64,000 bases of DNA from Candidatus Latescibacterota bacterium (GCA_965243025.1 CBDETY010000003.1:3008001-3072000); one strand, 5' to 3'. Shown: positions 36,650 through 49,354, numbered from the stretch's first letter. The notes: a model not told the origin generated them from the letters alone. Program-made: numbers and translations.

Positions 36650-36665
36650 TAGCACGCATCTTGCT
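36650..36665 (+). promoter_or_regulatory. Sigma54 -24/-12-like promoter with one -24 mismatch
   Basis: TAGCACGCATCTTGCT versus consensus TGGCACGNNNNTTGCW. Confidence 0.55.
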
Positions 36666-36798
36666 TCGGCGGAATCAAGGACTGCGTCAAGATACAGGTG
36701 AAAATATCATGCCTGCGAATATCCGGATCTTCCCCAAGAGCAGGGTCGAGCCTGCCGAATCCGACCCCGGCAGCACCCGCCATGGGGGCGGCCTCGGC

Positions 36799-38061
36799 AT
36801 GGACCGCAGACTCGAGAAGCGGCGCTTCACCCCGCGGCGGGTCGCCCTGGGCGCCGCGGTCCTGCTGCTGGCCGGTCTGTGCGGTTACGCCCTGCTCGCC
36901 GATTTCGGGGTGCGCAGGCTGAACGTCGAGCGCGAAAGGCTGACCCTGTCGGCGGTCGAGCTCGGCCCGTTCCTGGAGTACATCCCGGTGCGGGGCACGG
37001 TGGCGCCGCTGCGCACCGTGTACCTCGACGCCCTGGAGAGCGGCCAGGTGGTGCAGGTGTTCGCCGAGGAGGGGACCGGGGTTGCCGTGGGAGACCCGCT
37101 GCTGCGCCTCGCCAACCCCGACCTCGAGCTGACCATCCTGCAGCAGGAGGCCGGGCTGGAGCGCAGCAGGGAGGAGCTGCTCAACGGCCGGCTGACCATG
37201 GAGCAGAATCTGCTGGCCTCGCGCAAGGCGCTGATGGAGATCGAGTACCGGCTCGCCGTCGACAAGCGCAACTTCGAGCGTTACCGGGACCTGCCGGCGG
37301 AGGATCTGGCCGCCATCATGTCACGCCAGGAGTACGAGCGCCTGCGCGACGAGTATGAATACAGCGCCCGCCGCATGGCGCTGACCCGCGAGACCCTCAC
37401 CCAGGACTCGCTGCTGGCGGCGAGCAGGGTGGCGCAGCTGGTCTCGGCGGTGGAGCGCACCGGGCGCGATCTCGCGATCGTCCGGCGGCGGCTGGACAAC
37501 CTGACGGTGCGAGCCCCGGTGGCCGGGCAGCTGACCTCGCTGGACGCCGAGGTCGGAGAGAGCAAGGGCGCGGGAGCGCGGCTTGGACAGATCGACATGA
37601 CCGAGGGCTTCAAGGTGCGGGCAACCATCGACGAGCATTACATCGGCCGCGTCGGCCGCGGGCAGCGGGGCAGCTTCGACAGCGGCGAACAGCCGTACGG
37701 CCTTGTTGTCAGCAAGGTCTACCCCGAGGTCAGGGAGGGGGGTTTCGAGGTCGACCTCCTGTTCGACGGGGAAGCGCCCGGGGGGATACGCCGGGGCCAG
37801 AGCCTGCTCGTCCGCCTGGAGCTGGGCAACCTCGAGGAGGCGGTGCAGGTGGCGCGCGGCGGGTTCTACCAGTCGACCGGGGGCCACTGGGCCTACGTGC
37901 TCGACGCATCCGGCGATCGGGCGGCGCGGCGCTCCATCAGGCTCGGGCGCCAGAACCCCCGGGTCTACGAGGTGCTGGAGGGACTCGAGCCTGGGGAGCG
38001 GGTAATCACCTCGAGCTACGAGAGCTTCGGGGAAAACATCGACGTGCTGGTGATGCGGTAA
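36799..38061 (+). CDS. HlyD/efflux RND periplasmic adaptor
   Basis: MDRRLEK + TM segment; V.EG..V..GDPL, VRAPVAG, LEGLEPGERVITS. Confidence 0.9.
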   Translation: MDRRLEKRRFTPRRVALGAAVLLLAGLCGYALLADFGVRRLNVERERLTLSAVELGPFLEYIPVRGTVAPLRTVYLDALESGQVVQVFAEEGTGVAVGDPLLRLANPDLELTILQQEAGLERSREELLNGRLTMEQNLLASRKALMEIEYRLAVDKRNFERYRDLPAEDLAAIMSRQEYERLRDEYEYSARRMALTRETLTQDSLLAASRVAQLVSAVERTGRDLAIVRRRLDNLTVRAPVAGQLTSLDAEVGESKGAGARLGQIDMTEGFKVRATIDEHYIGRVGRGQRGSFDSGEQPYGLVVSKVYPEVREGGFEVDLLFDGEAPGGIRRGQSLLVRLELGNLEEAVQVARGGFYQSTGGHWAYVLDASGDRAARRSIRLGRQNPRVYEVLEGLEPGERVITSSYESFGENIDVLVMR

Positions 38062-38087
38062 GCGCGCACGGAAGGAGAAGAGGAAAG

Positions 38088-38813
38088 ATGACCGAACACG
38101 CGGCGCACACCGGAAACGGCAAGGCAACGCTGATCCGCACCGTGGGGCTGCGCAAGGTCTACACCACCGAGGAGGTGGAGACGACCGCCCTCGACAACGT
38201 CAACCTCGAGATCGCCGACGGGGAGTTCGCCGCCGTCATGGGGCCGTCCGGCTGCGGCAAGTCGACGCTGCTCAACCTGCTCGGCCTGCTCGACAACCCG
38301 ACCGGGGGGGAGTACTGGCTGCTGGAGGAAGAGGTCTCGACCTACTCCGAGCGCCTGCGGGCCAACCTTCGCAAGGGGACCATCGGCTTCGTCTTCCAGT
38401 CCTACAACCTGATCAACGAGCTGACCGTCCACGAGAACGTCGAGCTGCCCCTGCTCTACATGGGCCTGCCGGGCCGGGAGCGCCGGGAGCGGGTGAGGTC
38501 CATCCTCGACCGGATGCAGATCACCCACCGCGGCAAGCACTTTCCGCAGCAGCTGTCAGGCGGCCAGCAGCAGCGCGTGGCGGTGGCGAGGGCGCTGGTC
38601 TCGGAGCCGAAACTGGTGCTCGCCGACGAGCCGACGGGCAACCTCGACTCGCGCCACGGAGACGAGGTCATGGAGATGCTCACCGAGATGAACCGGAACG
38701 GCACCACGGTGGTGATGGTGACGCACTCGCCGGCCTACGCCGACTTCGCCCACCGGGTCATCCACCTGTTCGACGGCAGGATCGTGACCGAGAACATCGC
38801 CGGGGAGCGCTGA
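38088..38813 (+). CDS. ABC ATP-binding protein (LolD/MacB type)
   Basis: [26 protein letters not shown]. Confidence 0.95.
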   Translation: MTEHAAHTGNGKATLIRTVGLRKVYTTEEVETTALDNVNLEIADGEFAAVMGPSGCGKSTLLNLLGLLDNPTGGEYWLLEEEVSTYSERLRANLRKGTIGFVFQSYNLINELTVHENVELPLLYMGLPGRERRERVRSILDRMQITHRGKHFPQQLSGGQQQRVAVARALVSEPKLVLADEPTGNLDSRHGDEVMEMLTEMNRNGTTVVMVTHSPAYADFAHRVIHLFDGRIVTENIAGER

Positions 38814-38845
38814 AGGGGACCGGGGGAACTGCAAGGAACGGGACC

Positions 38846-41224
38846 ATGTGGAAGAGCAACCTGACCATTGCCCTGCGCGTGCTGGGGCGAAACAAGGCGA
38901 TCTCGCTGATCAACGTCGTCGGACTGTCCGCCGCCCTGGCGGTGGTGGTGCTGTGTCTGCTGTTCGTGCGGCACGAGACCTCCTACGACTCATGGCACGA
39001 AAAAAGGGACCGAATATTCGTCATCTATCGTGAACTGATAGAGCCAAAACCCGGTTCCGACTTCAATCGTTCCACGATGACAGGTTACAGTCTGCGCGAG
39101 GACGTGCGCACTAAAGTCACCGGCATCCGCGAATCGGTTTCCGTGAGGTCGGGATACGGGCAAGTCTCGTATGGCGATGCAAACTTTGGTGAGCCCTTCC
39201 TCGCTGTCGATCCGGCCTTTCTCACCATGTTCACCTTGCCGCTGGCTGCGGGCGATGCGGCGACCGCCCTCGACGATCCGCAGAGCGTTGTGCTCGCCCA
39301 CGAGACCGCGCGGAAGTACTTCGGCCCCGAGGTGCCAGCCTACGCCATGGTGGGCGAGCGCATCCGGCTGCACACCGTCGAGTGGGACTACTCGACCTCG
39401 CCACCGAAGGAGACGCCCATCGAGGTGGACCGTACCGTCACAGGAGTGCTGGCACCCCTGCCGGGGCTTTCCATTCTGTGGCTAGACGTACTCGTGCCCT
39501 CAGTAACGGCCAAGGCTTTGAAATTAAGGGGCGTGTCCGGGCTTTTTGTTGAACTCGAAGAGGGCGTAGAGCCTGCCGAAGTGGAAACCCGGCTGGAGCC
39601 CCTGATCGTGCGGGACCGATTGAAGTTGCAACCTTTTGCGGGCGCTCACCTGGGACCTGGTATAACGGGACCCGCCAGCTTTGGTGTTGGCACGGTCGAG
39701 CATGTCTATCTGCTGGCGGGGCTGGCCGCGGTCGTGCTGCTGATCGCTGCCATCAATTTCGTCAACCTCGCCATGAGCCGCGCCATGACGCGAACCTTGG
39801 AAGTCGGGGTGCGCAAGGCGATCGGCGCGACACGCCACCAGCTTTCCAACCAGTTCCTCGCCGAAGCAATCGTGGTAAGCCTGATCGCCATCGTCGTTGG
39901 CATGGGCCTCGCCGAAGTGGCGCTGCCGACGTTCAACGCGGTCGTGCATCAGCAGCTGGAGATCGAGTGGTTTTCAGTCGAGACGGGGACAGGTGCCTTG
40001 ACCCTGGCCTTGGTGGTCGGCGTTCTCTCGGGTTTGTATCCGGCCCACGTCATCGCGCGGCTCCATCCCGTTCGGGCACTTGCCCGGAAGACGCCTCAGC
40101 CCGGTCGCGGTCTGCTCGGTCGCGGTCTGATTGTCGTGCAGTTTGCTCTGTCGGCCGTCCTCGTCGTCGTGACGATCACCATGGAGCGACAGCTCGCCTT
40201 CATGCAAACCAAGGATTTGGGCTTCGACGGCGACCGGGTCGTGCTGGCTGGAGGCGGTCTCAATGCTTTGCAGATTGAGCGCCTCGCTCACGTGATCAAT
40301 TCTCGTCCGGGACTTGTACAAGGAGTCGCAGGTGCCTCGGCAGCACCTGGCTCTGGCGGCCTTCGCCCCAAACCACTCCAGTCCGGTGAGAAAGTGCTCC
40401 GCGCCAAGCCCTTCTACGTAAGTCCAAACTTCCTGGGGGTTATGGGTATCGAGTTGCTCTCTGGTCAGGGCTTCGACTCTAATCTTCCGCACGGTGTCCT
40501 GCTCAACGAGACCGCCGCGCGCTTCTTCGGCACCGAAGACCTGATCGGCCGCACCTTGACGGCTTCCCAGGGTGATGACGAACCGATGACGGTAATCGGC
40601 ATAGTCGAGGATTTCCACTTCGAGGACATGCGCCATTCCATAGGGCCAGCCTTCCTGACAACGCTTATGCGGGGCGATTGGTTCTTTCACAACACCTTGC
40701 TCCGCCTCGACCGCGCCGATCTGCCCGCGGCGGTCGAAGAGGTAAAGGCGCTGTGGAAGCGGGCTCTGCCGGATTACGAATTACACGGCGTGCGCTTCCT
40801 CGACGAGTCCTTTGCAGAGGAATACCGGGAGGAACGGCGCGTCGGGACTGTCATGAAGTGGATGAGCGCAATCGCCCTGGCCATCTCCTGCATGGGACTC
40901 GTCGGGCTCGCCGCCCTCGCCGCGGCGCGGCGCACCCGGGAAATCGGCATCCGCAAGGTCCTCGGGGCTACCACCGGCAGCGTGCTGATGATGATGTCGC
41001 GCGAGTTCGGGTGGCTCGTGGTGGCCGCCAACGCCATCGCCTGGCCCGTCGCCTTCTTCGTCCTCGACCGCTGGCTCGCCTTCTACGCCTACCGCATCGA
41101 CCAGAGTCCGGGGTGGTTCGTTCTGGCCGGCGCCGGTGTCCTCGCGGTCGCCCTGGCCACTGTCAGCGGGCAGACTTGGCTGGCGGCGCGAACCAACCCG
41201 GCGGATGCATTGAGATACGAGTAG
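38846..41224 (+). CDS. MacB/FtsX-type ABC permease
   Basis: [30 protein letters not shown]. Confidence 0.93.
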   Translation: MWKSNLTIALRVLGRNKAISLINVVGLSAALAVVVLCLLFVRHETSYDSWHEKRDRIFVIYRELIEPKPGSDFNRSTMTGYSLREDVRTKVTGIRESVSVRSGYGQVSYGDANFGEPFLAVDPAFLTMFTLPLAAGDAATALDDPQSVVLAHETARKYFGPEVPAYAMVGERIRLHTVEWDYSTSPPKETPIEVDRTVTGVLAPLPGLSILWLDVLVPSVTAKALKLRGVSGLFVELEEGVEPAEVETRLEPLIVRDRLKLQPFAGAHLGPGITGPASFGVGTVEHVYLLAGLAAVVLLIAAINFVNLAMSRAMTRTLEVGVRKAIGATRHQLSNQFLAEAIVVSLIAIVVGMGLAEVALPTFNAVVHQQLEIEWFSVETGTGALTLALVVGVLSGLYPAHVIARLHPVRALARKTPQPGRGLLGRGLIVVQFALSAVLVVVTITMERQLAFMQTKDLGFDGDRVVLAGGGLNALQIERLAHVINSRPGLVQGVAGASAAPGSGGLRPKPLQSGEKVLRAKPFYVSPNFLGVMGIELLSGQGFDSNLPHGVLLNETAARFFGTEDLIGRTLTASQGDDEPMTVIGIVEDFHFEDMRHSIGPAFLTTLMRGDWFFHNTLLRLDRADLPAAVEEVKALWKRALPDYELHGVRFLDESFAEEYREERRVGTVMKWMSAIALAISCMGLVGLAALAAARRTREIGIRKVLGATTGSVLMMMSREFGWLVVAANAIAWPVAFFVLDRWLAFYAYRIDQSPGWFVLAGAGVLAVALATVSGQTWLAARTNPADALRYE

Positions 41225-41315
41225 GAGAAGGGATCGAACGAGAACTTCGTCAGGGAGCGCTGGAGCCGGGAGAGGCGGGGTCCCAGGAGGCCCGGGAAAC
41301 TAAAAGGAGCAAACC

Positions 41316-43727
41316 ATGTGGAAGAGCAACCTGATCATTGCCCTGCGCGTGCTGGGACGCAACAAGGGGATCTCGCTGATCAACGCCGTCGGACTGTCCG
41401 CGGCCTTGGCGGTGGTGGTGCTGTGTCTGCTGTTCGTGCGGCACGAGACCTCCTACGACTCATGGCACGAAAAGGGGGACCGGATCTTTCTGATTTATTC
41501 TGAATCCCAACGGCATAACTACAAGATGACATACCTGCGTTCCGAGCTGCGCGATGCGGTGCGCACGACCGTAGCCGGCATCCGCGAATCGGTCCACATG
41601 CACCTTGTTGAGGGCAAGGTCTCCTACGGCGAGTCGAGCTTCGAGGGGCGTTTTCTGGCTGTCGATCCGGCCTTCCTCACCCTGTTCACCCTTCCGCTGG
41701 CCGCCGGTGACCCGTCAACCGCCCTCGACGAGCCTCACAGTGTCGTCCTCGCCCACGGGACGGCGCGGAAGTACTTCGGCTCCGATATCCCAGTTCACGC
41801 CATGCTGGGAGAACGTATTCGGCTGAACCATGTCGAGCGCGACAGGTTTGGTGCACCCAAGGAGACCATAGGGGTTGAGCGCATCATCACCGGAGTGCTT
41901 GCTCCCCTGCCCGGGCCTTCCATACTGCATTTGGAGGTGATCGTTCCCGAAAAAACCGCCGAAGAACTTCGTTTCCTCGGTGCACCGGGACTGTTTATCG
42001 AGCTGGAAGGGGGCGTGAATCCGGCTGAGTTTGAAACGCGGCTGGCGCAACTGGGCACCCAGTACGGTCTCGGGGACAGGAAGGCCTCACTTAAACTGGT
42101 ACCCTTCAAGGACGCTCACTTCGGGCCGGAAATCCTTGGACCAGCCGCCGTGGGCCGCGGCAAGATCGAGCACTGCTTTCTGCTGGCCGGGCTGGCCGCT
42201 GTCGTGCTCCTGATCGCCGCCATCAACTTCGTCAACCTCGCCCTTGGCCGAGGCATGTCCCGCACTCTCGAGGTCGGCCTGCGCAAGGCGATCGGGGCCA
42301 CTCGACCCCAGCTCTCCAACCAGTTCCTTGCCGAAGCCATCGTCGTCAGTCTGATCGCCGTTGCCGGTGGCATGGCCCTGGCTGAATTGCTCCTTCCGTC
42401 CTTCAACCAAGTCGTACATCGACAGCTCGAACTTGAGTGGCTGTCCCTCGAGACCGGGACAGCCGCCCTGACCCTGGCCTTGTTAGTCGGCTTACTCTCC
42501 GGCTTGTACCCCGCCCTGGTCATCGCCCGCCTGCACCCGGTTCAGGCTCTCTCCAGAAAGGGCCCACAGCTTGGCCGCGGCCTTGTCGGCCGCGGTCTGA
42601 TCCTTCTGCAATTCGCCCTGTCGACCTTCCTCGTCGTCGTGACGATCACCATGGAGCGACAACTGGACTTCATGCTCACCAAGGACTTGGGTTTCGACCG
42701 CGACCGGGTGGTTAGGACAAGGGTCTTCGGCGATGTCGACGTTTTGCAGATCGAGCGGCTCGCCGGCGAAATCGACTCCCGACCGGGACTGGTCAAGGGA
42801 GTGGCCGGGGCCGAAACACCACCTGGCGCTGGTGGGTCGAACCTCACACAACTCCAGCTTGGCGAGAAATCCATCCTTGCCAAGCCCTTTCAGGTAGGTC
42901 CGGGTTTCCTGCAAGTCATGGGGATCGATCTCATCTCAGGCCGGGACTTCGCCCAGAACAACGAGCCGGGTCAGCGGCAAGGCATCCTCATCAACGAGAC
43001 CGCCGCCCGCCTCCTGGGACCCGAAAACCCGGTCGGCCGCTTTCTGACGTTTCCCGATTACGGTAATGAATCGATGCCGGTGATCGGCATTGTCGAGGAC
43101 TTCCACTACGAGGACTTCCGCTATGCAGTGGGGCCGGTCTTCCTGACCACGTCCTATTTAGTGCGCGGGTTTCGTAGAATGGACGAGTACGAAAGCATTG
43201 TGTTCCGGCTCGACCACCGCGACCTGCCCACGTCGGTCGAGGAGGTGAAGGCGCTGTGGAAGCGGGTTCTGCCCGAGCAGGAATTACAAGGGGTGAGTTT
43301 CCTCAACAATAATTTTTATTGGGCACATGAGACCGAGCGTCGCGTCGGGACTGTCATGAAGTGGATGAGCGCGATCGCCCTGATCATCTCCTGCATGGGC
43401 CTCGTTGGGCTCGCCGCCCTCGCCGCCGCACGGCGCACCCGGGAAATCGGCATCCGCAAGGTCCTCGGGGCCACCACCGGTAGCGTAATGATGATGATGT
43501 CGCGCGAGTTCGGGTGGCTCGTGATTGCCGCAAACGCCATCGCCTGGCCCGTCGCCTCCTTGGTCCTCGACCGCTGGCTCGCCTTCTACGCCTACCGCAT
43601 CGACCAGAGCCCGGCCTGGTTCGCGTTGGCCGGCGCCGGCGTCCTCGCCGTCGCCCTGGCCGCTGTCAGCGGGCAGACTTGGCTGGCGGCGCGGACCAAC
43701 CCGGCCGACGCCCTCAGGTACGAGTAG
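41316..43727 (+). CDS. MacB/FtsX-type ABC permease, close paralog of 38846-41224
   Basis: Same motifs; near-identical 5' and 3' DNA. Confidence 0.93.
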   Translation: MWKSNLIIALRVLGRNKGISLINAVGLSAALAVVVLCLLFVRHETSYDSWHEKGDRIFLIYSESQRHNYKMTYLRSELRDAVRTTVAGIRESVHMHLVEGKVSYGESSFEGRFLAVDPAFLTLFTLPLAAGDPSTALDEPHSVVLAHGTARKYFGSDIPVHAMLGERIRLNHVERDRFGAPKETIGVERIITGVLAPLPGPSILHLEVIVPEKTAEELRFLGAPGLFIELEGGVNPAEFETRLAQLGTQYGLGDRKASLKLVPFKDAHFGPEILGPAAVGRGKIEHCFLLAGLAAVVLLIAAINFVNLALGRGMSRTLEVGLRKAIGATRPQLSNQFLAEAIVVSLIAVAGGMALAELLLPSFNQVVHRQLELEWLSLETGTAALTLALLVGLLSGLYPALVIARLHPVQALSRKGPQLGRGLVGRGLILLQFALSTFLVVVTITMERQLDFMLTKDLGFDRDRVVRTRVFGDVDVLQIERLAGEIDSRPGLVKGVAGAETPPGAGGSNLTQLQLGEKSILAKPFQVGPGFLQVMGIDLISGRDFAQNNEPGQRQGILINETAARLLGPENPVGRFLTFPDYGNESMPVIGIVEDFHYEDFRYAVGPVFLTTSYLVRGFRRMDEYESIVFRLDHRDLPTSVEEVKALWKRVLPEQELQGVSFLNNNFYWAHETERRVGTVMKWMSAIALIISCMGLVGLAALAAARRTREIGIRKVLGATTGSVMMMMSREFGWLVIAANAIAWPVASLVLDRWLAFYAYRIDQSPAWFALAGAGVLAVALAAVSGQTWLAARTNPADALRYE

Positions 43728-43869
43728 TGATCCTTACCGTGAGCTGGTTCTGGAAGAAGCGAGAAGGCGGCGAAAGCCTCGTTGGCGAAGCGGTCCACCG
43801 GGGCGATACGGGGGACCCTGACCCCCGCAAGGACCCTGCACACGCAGTAACCACCGAAAGGAAACCGCC

Positions 43870-44544
43870 GTGATCGAGATGCGCGACATCGAGAAATACC
43901 ACCGGTCCGGCTCCTTCAAGACCTACGTGCTGCGACACGTGAACCTCGAGGTCGAGGCGGGGGAGTTCCTGTCGATCATGGGGCCGAGCGGCGCCGGCAA
44001 GTCGACGCTGCTGCACATCATGGGCATGCTCGACGAGCCGACTGCCGGCGAGTACCGGTTTCTCGGCAAGCAGGTGAGCGGACTGAGCGAGAAAGAGCGC
44101 ACCGAGGTGCACCGGCGGCACATCGGCTTCGTCTTCCAGGCCTACCACCTGATCGACGAGCAGACGGTGTACGAAAACCTGGAGATGCCCCTGCTCTACC
44201 AGCAGGTGAAGAGGTCCGAGCGCAGGGCGCGCGTGAGCGAGTTGCTCGACCGCTTCCAGATGGTCGTCAAGAAAGACCTGTTCCCGCACCAGCTCTCCGG
44301 CGGCGAGCAGCAGCGCGTCGGCGTCGCCCGCGCCCTGATCGGACGACCGGCGCTGATCCTCGCCGACGAGCCCACGGGCAACCTCAACTCCATGCAGGGG
44401 GAAGAGGTGATGGCCATGCTGCGGGAGCTGAACGACGAGGGCACGACGATCGTTCAGGTGACGCACTCGGAGAAGAACGCCGGCTACGGCAGCCGGGTGG
44501 CGCATCTGTTGGACGGCAGGATAGAGCTCGAGGGAAAGTGCTGA
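43870..44544 (+). CDS. ABC ATP-binding protein
   Basis: [25 protein letters not shown]. Confidence 0.95.
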   Translation: MIEMRDIEKYHRSGSFKTYVLRHVNLEVEAGEFLSIMGPSGAGKSTLLHIMGMLDEPTAGEYRFLGKQVSGLSEKERTEVHRRHIGFVFQAYHLIDEQTVYENLEMPLLYQQVKRSERRARVSELLDRFQMVVKKDLFPHQLSGGEQQRVGVARALIGRPALILADEPTGNLNSMQGEEVMAMLRELNDEGTTIVQVTHSEKNAGYGSRVAHLLDGRIELEGKC

Positions 44545-44546
44545 CC

Positions 44547-46958
44547 ATGCTGCGCAACTACCTCCTGATTACCCTGCGCAACCTCCGCCGGCAGAAACTG
44601 TATGCAACGGTCAATACAGCGGGCCTGGCAATCGGCATGGCGGGTTTCGCGCTCATCCTGTTCTTCGTCCGCCACGAATTCGGCTACGACCGGTTTCACC
44701 ACGGAGCGGAGCGCATTTTCCGCGTCGTCGTGGAGATGCGCTCGGAAAGTTTTGACGGAAAGGCACCGATCGCCCCAGCCGCCCTGGCGGCCGCCCTTCG
44801 CGAGCAGGTCCCCGAGGTTGAAGCGGTCAGCCGGGTGTGGCAACCCTTGTTCGTGGGGGGAGTCAAGCCGGTAGTGCGGGTCGGCAACGACGTCTATTTC
44901 GATGATCGATTCTTCTGGGCGGACCCGGAGCTATTCGACGTGTTGAGTTTCGAGTTCGTGCACGGCGACCCCAGGACGGCGCTTGCCGACCCCAAGGCGG
45001 TCGTGCTCTCGGAGAGCACTGCAGAGCGGTATTTCGGCGACCTGGACCCCATAGGCCGGCCGCTCAACGAGGGAGAGCATGTGGTTCGCGCCGTCGTGCG
45101 CGATTTCCCGACCAATTCCCACCTCAGGTTCGACCTGCTGGCCGCCGCTTCAGGGACTGGTGTGGACCAGTTCCCTCTGGAAAAGAGATGGTACGACCAC
45201 AGCTATCCGACCTACTTGCGTGTCAGAATGGGAGCTGACGGGGAACGGATTGTCGAGCAGATGAACGCCATCGTTCAAGGACAGATGGGTGAGCTTTACA
45301 GGCAGATGAACCATGACGTCAGCTACGGATTGCAGCCCATCGTCGACGTGCACCTGCATTCCGATTTTTACGCCAACATCGGCAGCACGAGCGGCGACAT
45401 AGCCCATATCTACGCTTACAGCGCGGTTGCCGTGTTCCTGTTGCTTCTGGCGATCATCAATTTCACCAATCTCGCGACAGCACAATCCTCGGAGCGCGTG
45501 CTGGAGGTTGGCGTGCGCAAAGCGGTGGGAGCATACCGCGGCCAGCTCGTCCGTCAGTTCATCGGGGAAGCGATCATTCTGAGCTTCGCTTCGCTGGGTG
45601 TTGCGCTGTTCATCATGAAGATGGTGACGCCGTGGTTCAACGAGCTGACGGGAATGAAACTTGCGCTGAACCTGCCGGAGAACCCGCAGATTCTGTTGGC
45701 GATGTCCGGAATGGCGCTCGTTACGGGGCTCTGCGCCGGCTTCTACCCCGCCCTGCAGATGTCCGCCTTCACCCCGGTCCGGGCACTCAAGCGGATGATC
45801 GACCGGTCCGGCCGGTCGGTCGGACTGCGAAGCATCCTCGTAGTGACTCAGTTCACCGTTTCCATCGGCTTGCTGGCGGCGACCCTCATCGTCGGCGAGC
45901 AGCTCGCCTTCCTGCGCTCGAAATCCCTCGGTTTCGACAAGGACCACCTGATCGTCTTCACCACCCGTTCAGATGCAATCCGGCGGCAGTTCGAGCCTGT
46001 GCGCCAGGACCTCCTGGCGAGCCCACTCGTCACGGCCGTCGGACGCTGTTCGCAGGAACCGGGCTACGTGATCAACAAGTCCGACCTCAAAACGACGGGG
46101 CCGGATTCGGAGACGTTGCAGGTCACGATGCTCTGGGTGGACTACGACTTCGTCGATGCCATGGGCATGCGGGTGCTCGAAGGCCGTTCCTTCTCCAGAG
46201 ATCACGCCGACGACCCGAAGCACGCTTTACTGGCCAACGAATCGATGGCCCGTCTTCTCGGCCCTGAGTCCGCAGTCGGGGCCCGACTGGAAAGTCAAGG
46301 TGATGCAGGTGCGGCGACGGTCGTCGGGGTCGTAGCCGACTTCCACTTCGGTTCCCTGCACCAACCGATCGAGCCCCTGGTGATCGCCATGCCGGAAAAC
46401 GCAGTGAACGGCAGCTTCAGCCCTGCCTATGCGGTATTGCGCCTGGCCCCGGGAAACCCGCGACAGGGGATTGAGTTCATCCGTAAGACCCTGCGATCGC
46501 ACAACGATCCCTTCCCCTTCGACTACCACTTCGTCGACGAGCGGCTCGACGCCCTGTATGACTCGGAGGAACGCCTGGGCCGCATCTTCGCCGTTTTCTC
46601 CGGACTCGCCGTGTTCCTCGCCTGCCTGGGCCTCTTCGGTCTGACGGCTTTCACGGTGCAGAAGCGCACCAGGGAGATAGGCATCCGCAAGGTGTTGGGT
46701 GCGACCAGCCTGTCCGTGGTCGTTCTGCTTTCGAGAGATTTCACCCGCCTGATCCTGCTGGCCAACCTGATTGCATGGCCCATCGTCTTCTTTGCCGCCG
46801 ACCGCTGGCTGCAGGGTTTTGCCTATCGCATCGATCCGGGATTGGGGTTGTTCGTTGCAGGTGGTCTCGTGGCGCTTGCGACCGCCTGGCTCACCGCCTC
46901 GTATCACACGCTCAGAGCAGCGCAAGCCAATCCGGTGAATGCCCTTCGTTCCGAGTAA
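44547..46958 (+). CDS. MacB/FtsX-type ABC permease
   Basis: [37 protein letters not shown]. Confidence 0.93.
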   Translation: MLRNYLLITLRNLRRQKLYATVNTAGLAIGMAGFALILFFVRHEFGYDRFHHGAERIFRVVVEMRSESFDGKAPIAPAALAAALREQVPEVEAVSRVWQPLFVGGVKPVVRVGNDVYFDDRFFWADPELFDVLSFEFVHGDPRTALADPKAVVLSESTAERYFGDLDPIGRPLNEGEHVVRAVVRDFPTNSHLRFDLLAAASGTGVDQFPLEKRWYDHSYPTYLRVRMGADGERIVEQMNAIVQGQMGELYRQMNHDVSYGLQPIVDVHLHSDFYANIGSTSGDIAHIYAYSAVAVFLLLLAIINFTNLATAQSSERVLEVGVRKAVGAYRGQLVRQFIGEAIILSFASLGVALFIMKMVTPWFNELTGMKLALNLPENPQILLAMSGMALVTGLCAGFYPALQMSAFTPVRALKRMIDRSGRSVGLRSILVVTQFTVSIGLLAATLIVGEQLAFLRSKSLGFDKDHLIVFTTRSDAIRRQFEPVRQDLLASPLVTAVGRCSQEPGYVINKSDLKTTGPDSETLQVTMLWVDYDFVDAMGMRVLEGRSFSRDHADDPKHALLANESMARLLGPESAVGARLESQGDAGAATVVGVVADFHFGSLHQPIEPLVIAMPENAVNGSFSPAYAVLRLAPGNPRQGIEFIRKTLRSHNDPFPFDYHFVDERLDALYDSEERLGRIFAVFSGLAVFLACLGLFGLTAFTVQKRTREIGIRKVLGATSLSVVVLLSRDFTRLILLANLIAWPIVFFAADRWLQGFAYRIDPGLGLFVAGGLVALATAWLTASYHTLRAAQANPVNALRSE

Positions 46959-46981
46959 TTCTTCAGGCAAAGGAGATAGCC

Positions 46982-49354
46982 ATGCTCATCAACTACCTGA
47001 ACATCGCCGTCCGCCACCTGAACCGGCACCGGCTCTACGCTCTGACCAACATCTGCGGTCTGGCCGTTGGAGTCGCCGGCTGCCTGCTGATGGCGGCCTG
47101 GGTCCTCGGCCAACTCCGGACCGACCGGTTTCACGAGCACGGAGACCGCATTTACCGCATCTACACCCAAGGGGAAGGAACCGTCCGCCTTTCCGTTCCC
47201 GCCGCCCTGGGGGCCAGCCTCAAGGGCCAAGCTGACGTCGAAGGCGTGGTGCGCATGCTGAAAGTGGACAACCCGGTTCCGCTCGTCAGCCACGGAGACC
47301 GGCGTTTCTACGAGAGAGCCTTCTGGTTCGCCGACCCGGAAGTTCTGACGGTCTTCACTTTTCCCCTTGTGGCGGGCGACGCCGCCACCGCCCTCGGGGA
47401 ACCCTTCACCGTCCTCCTGACCGAGTCCGCGGCCCGCAGGCTGTTCGGCGACGCCGACCCCATGGGGCGGGTCATCCGCTTCAGGGACCACCTCGACCTG
47501 AGAGTGACCGGGATTCTGCGCGACCTGCCCGAACAATCACACCTGCGGTTCGAGTTCCTTGCCTCCTTCGCCACGGTAGAGCGCTGGCTGGGGTCAGCGG
47601 CCGTGAACGATTGGCGCCGCAACATGAACGCCACCTACATCCTTCTGCGTCCCGGCGTGGAAAAGGAGACCTTGAGCCCCATTTTCGACGGGCTCCGGGA
47701 AAAGCACCTCGGGTCCGAGGACAGCCGCCACTGGGAGCTGCAGCCCCTCCACCGGATACACCTCCATTCGCGGGGGGACCTGGGCATCACGGGAGGAGGA
47801 GACGTCCGCGAGGTGATCATCCTGGGGACGGTCGCCCTGCTGGTACTCCTCGTATCCTGCCTCAACTATGCCAACTTGGGAACCGCCCTAGCCTTGCGGC
47901 GGGTGCGCGAGATCGGACTGAGGCTGTCGATGGGGGCCGGCCGAAGCCAGCTCGCACGGCAGTTCCTGATCGAGTCGGCCCTTGTGACCGCATTGGCCTT
48001 CGCCGGCGCCCTGGCCCTGGCGGACACCCTGGCTCCACACTTGGCGCGACTGGGAGGGATGGAGATCGGCTTGGCCTGGTCCGATCCGATGATTCCGGTC
48101 CTGATGGCGTCGGTATTTCTGCTGGTCGTGGTCCTGTCGGGAGGCTACCCCGCCTTCCGCCTTTCCCGGATCGCACCGGTGCGGGCCCTGGAAGGCAGTG
48201 TTGCCGGCGGTGGCCGGAACGCCCGCCGAGCCATGGTGACGGCGCAGTTCATCGTCTCCGTGGGGTTGCTCTCCGCCACCGCGATTGCCTGGCAGCAGCT
48301 CAATTTCATCAAGAACACCGAACTCGGAATCGAGACCGAGCAGCTCCTTGTGGTGCCGATCCGCAACCCGCAGATGCGGAGCGACCAGCAGGCGGTCAAG
48401 GCGCGGTTGGGCGAGTTGCCGGAAATCACCTCGGTGAGCGCGGCAGCTCTGTTGCCGGCAGGGCCCCTGGGAAGGAGCACCCTCCTGCCGACTCGCCCCG
48501 GAGCGGATCCCGTGAGCGCCGACCTGCTGTGGGTCGACCCCGGGGTTGCGGAAACCCTCGGAATGAACCTTGTAGCGGGAGAGGGATTCACCGAGAGCAT
48601 GGAGCCGCGCAACGGTTATTTCATCCTCTCCATGGCCGCGGTGCGGGCCCTGGGGTGGGAGTCCGCTGATTCGGCGATTGGCCGAACCTTGGAGCTCGAA
48701 CAGGCCGGGGGAACGGGCGTTTCACCCAGGGGCACCATCACCGGAGTGATCGAGGATTTTCACTCCGGGACACTGCGGCGCGGTATCCAACCGGTCGTCA
48801 TGCAGTTGTGGCCATGGCACAACTACCTGCTCGTTCGCTTCCGCCTCCATTCCCTGCAGCAGGTGGTGCACCAGGTAAAGGCCTTGATGGCCGAACTCGA
48901 TCCCGTCCATCCCTTCGAGTACTCCCTCCTCGACGACCGCTTCGCCGCTTTGTACCGGAAGGATGAAAGATTGGGGTCGCTGTTCGCGGGCTTCGGCGGT
49001 CTGTCCCTTCTCATCGCCTGGGTAGGGATGTTCGGTCTCGCTTCCCTCGCCGCGGAGCGTCGGCGCATGGAGTTCGGGGTGCGCAGGGTACTGGGCGCTA
49101 CCGGTGCGGAGATCGGCCGGCTCCTCGCCGGAGACCTTACCCGCCTTGTGCTAGCGGCAGGGTTCCTCGCCTGCCCGATCGCCTACTTTGGCATGGGTGC
49201 GTGGATGGAGCAGTTCAGCGAGCGCGCCGAAGTCGGTGCCGGTCCGTTCCTCGCGGCAGTTGCGGCCGCGTTGGTCGCCGCTTGGGTAAGCGTCGGTTAC
49301 CATGCCGTCAGGACGAGCCGGATCGATCCAGTAGAAGCTCTGCGCTGTGAGTAA
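46982..49354 (+). CDS. MacB/FtsX-type ABC permease
   Basis: AAGGAG RBS then MLINYL; EIGLR..MGA; ALRCE. Confidence 0.92.
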   Translation: MLINYLNIAVRHLNRHRLYALTNICGLAVGVAGCLLMAAWVLGQLRTDRFHEHGDRIYRIYTQGEGTVRLSVPAALGASLKGQADVEGVVRMLKVDNPVPLVSHGDRRFYERAFWFADPEVLTVFTFPLVAGDAATALGEPFTVLLTESAARRLFGDADPMGRVIRFRDHLDLRVTGILRDLPEQSHLRFEFLASFATVERWLGSAAVNDWRRNMNATYILLRPGVEKETLSPIFDGLREKHLGSEDSRHWELQPLHRIHLHSRGDLGITGGGDVREVIILGTVALLVLLVSCLNYANLGTALALRRVREIGLRLSMGAGRSQLARQFLIESALVTALAFAGALALADTLAPHLARLGGMEIGLAWSDPMIPVLMASVFLLVVVLSGGYPAFRLSRIAPVRALEGSVAGGGRNARRAMVTAQFIVSVGLLSATAIAWQQLNFIKNTELGIETEQLLVVPIRNPQMRSDQQAVKARLGELPEITSVSAAALLPAGPLGRSTLLPTRPGADPVSADLLWVDPGVAETLGMNLVAGEGFTESMEPRNGYFILSMAAVRALGWESADSAIGRTLELEQAGGTGVSPRGTITGVIEDFHSGTLRRGIQPVVMQLWPWHNYLLVRFRLHSLQQVVHQVKALMAELDPVHPFEYSLLDDRFAALYRKDERLGSLFAGFGGLSLLIAWVGMFGLASLAAERRRMEFGVRRVLGATGAEIGRLLAGDLTRLVLAAGFLACPIAYFGMGAWMEQFSERAEVGAGPFLAAVAAALVAAWVSVGYHAVRTSRIDPVEALRCE

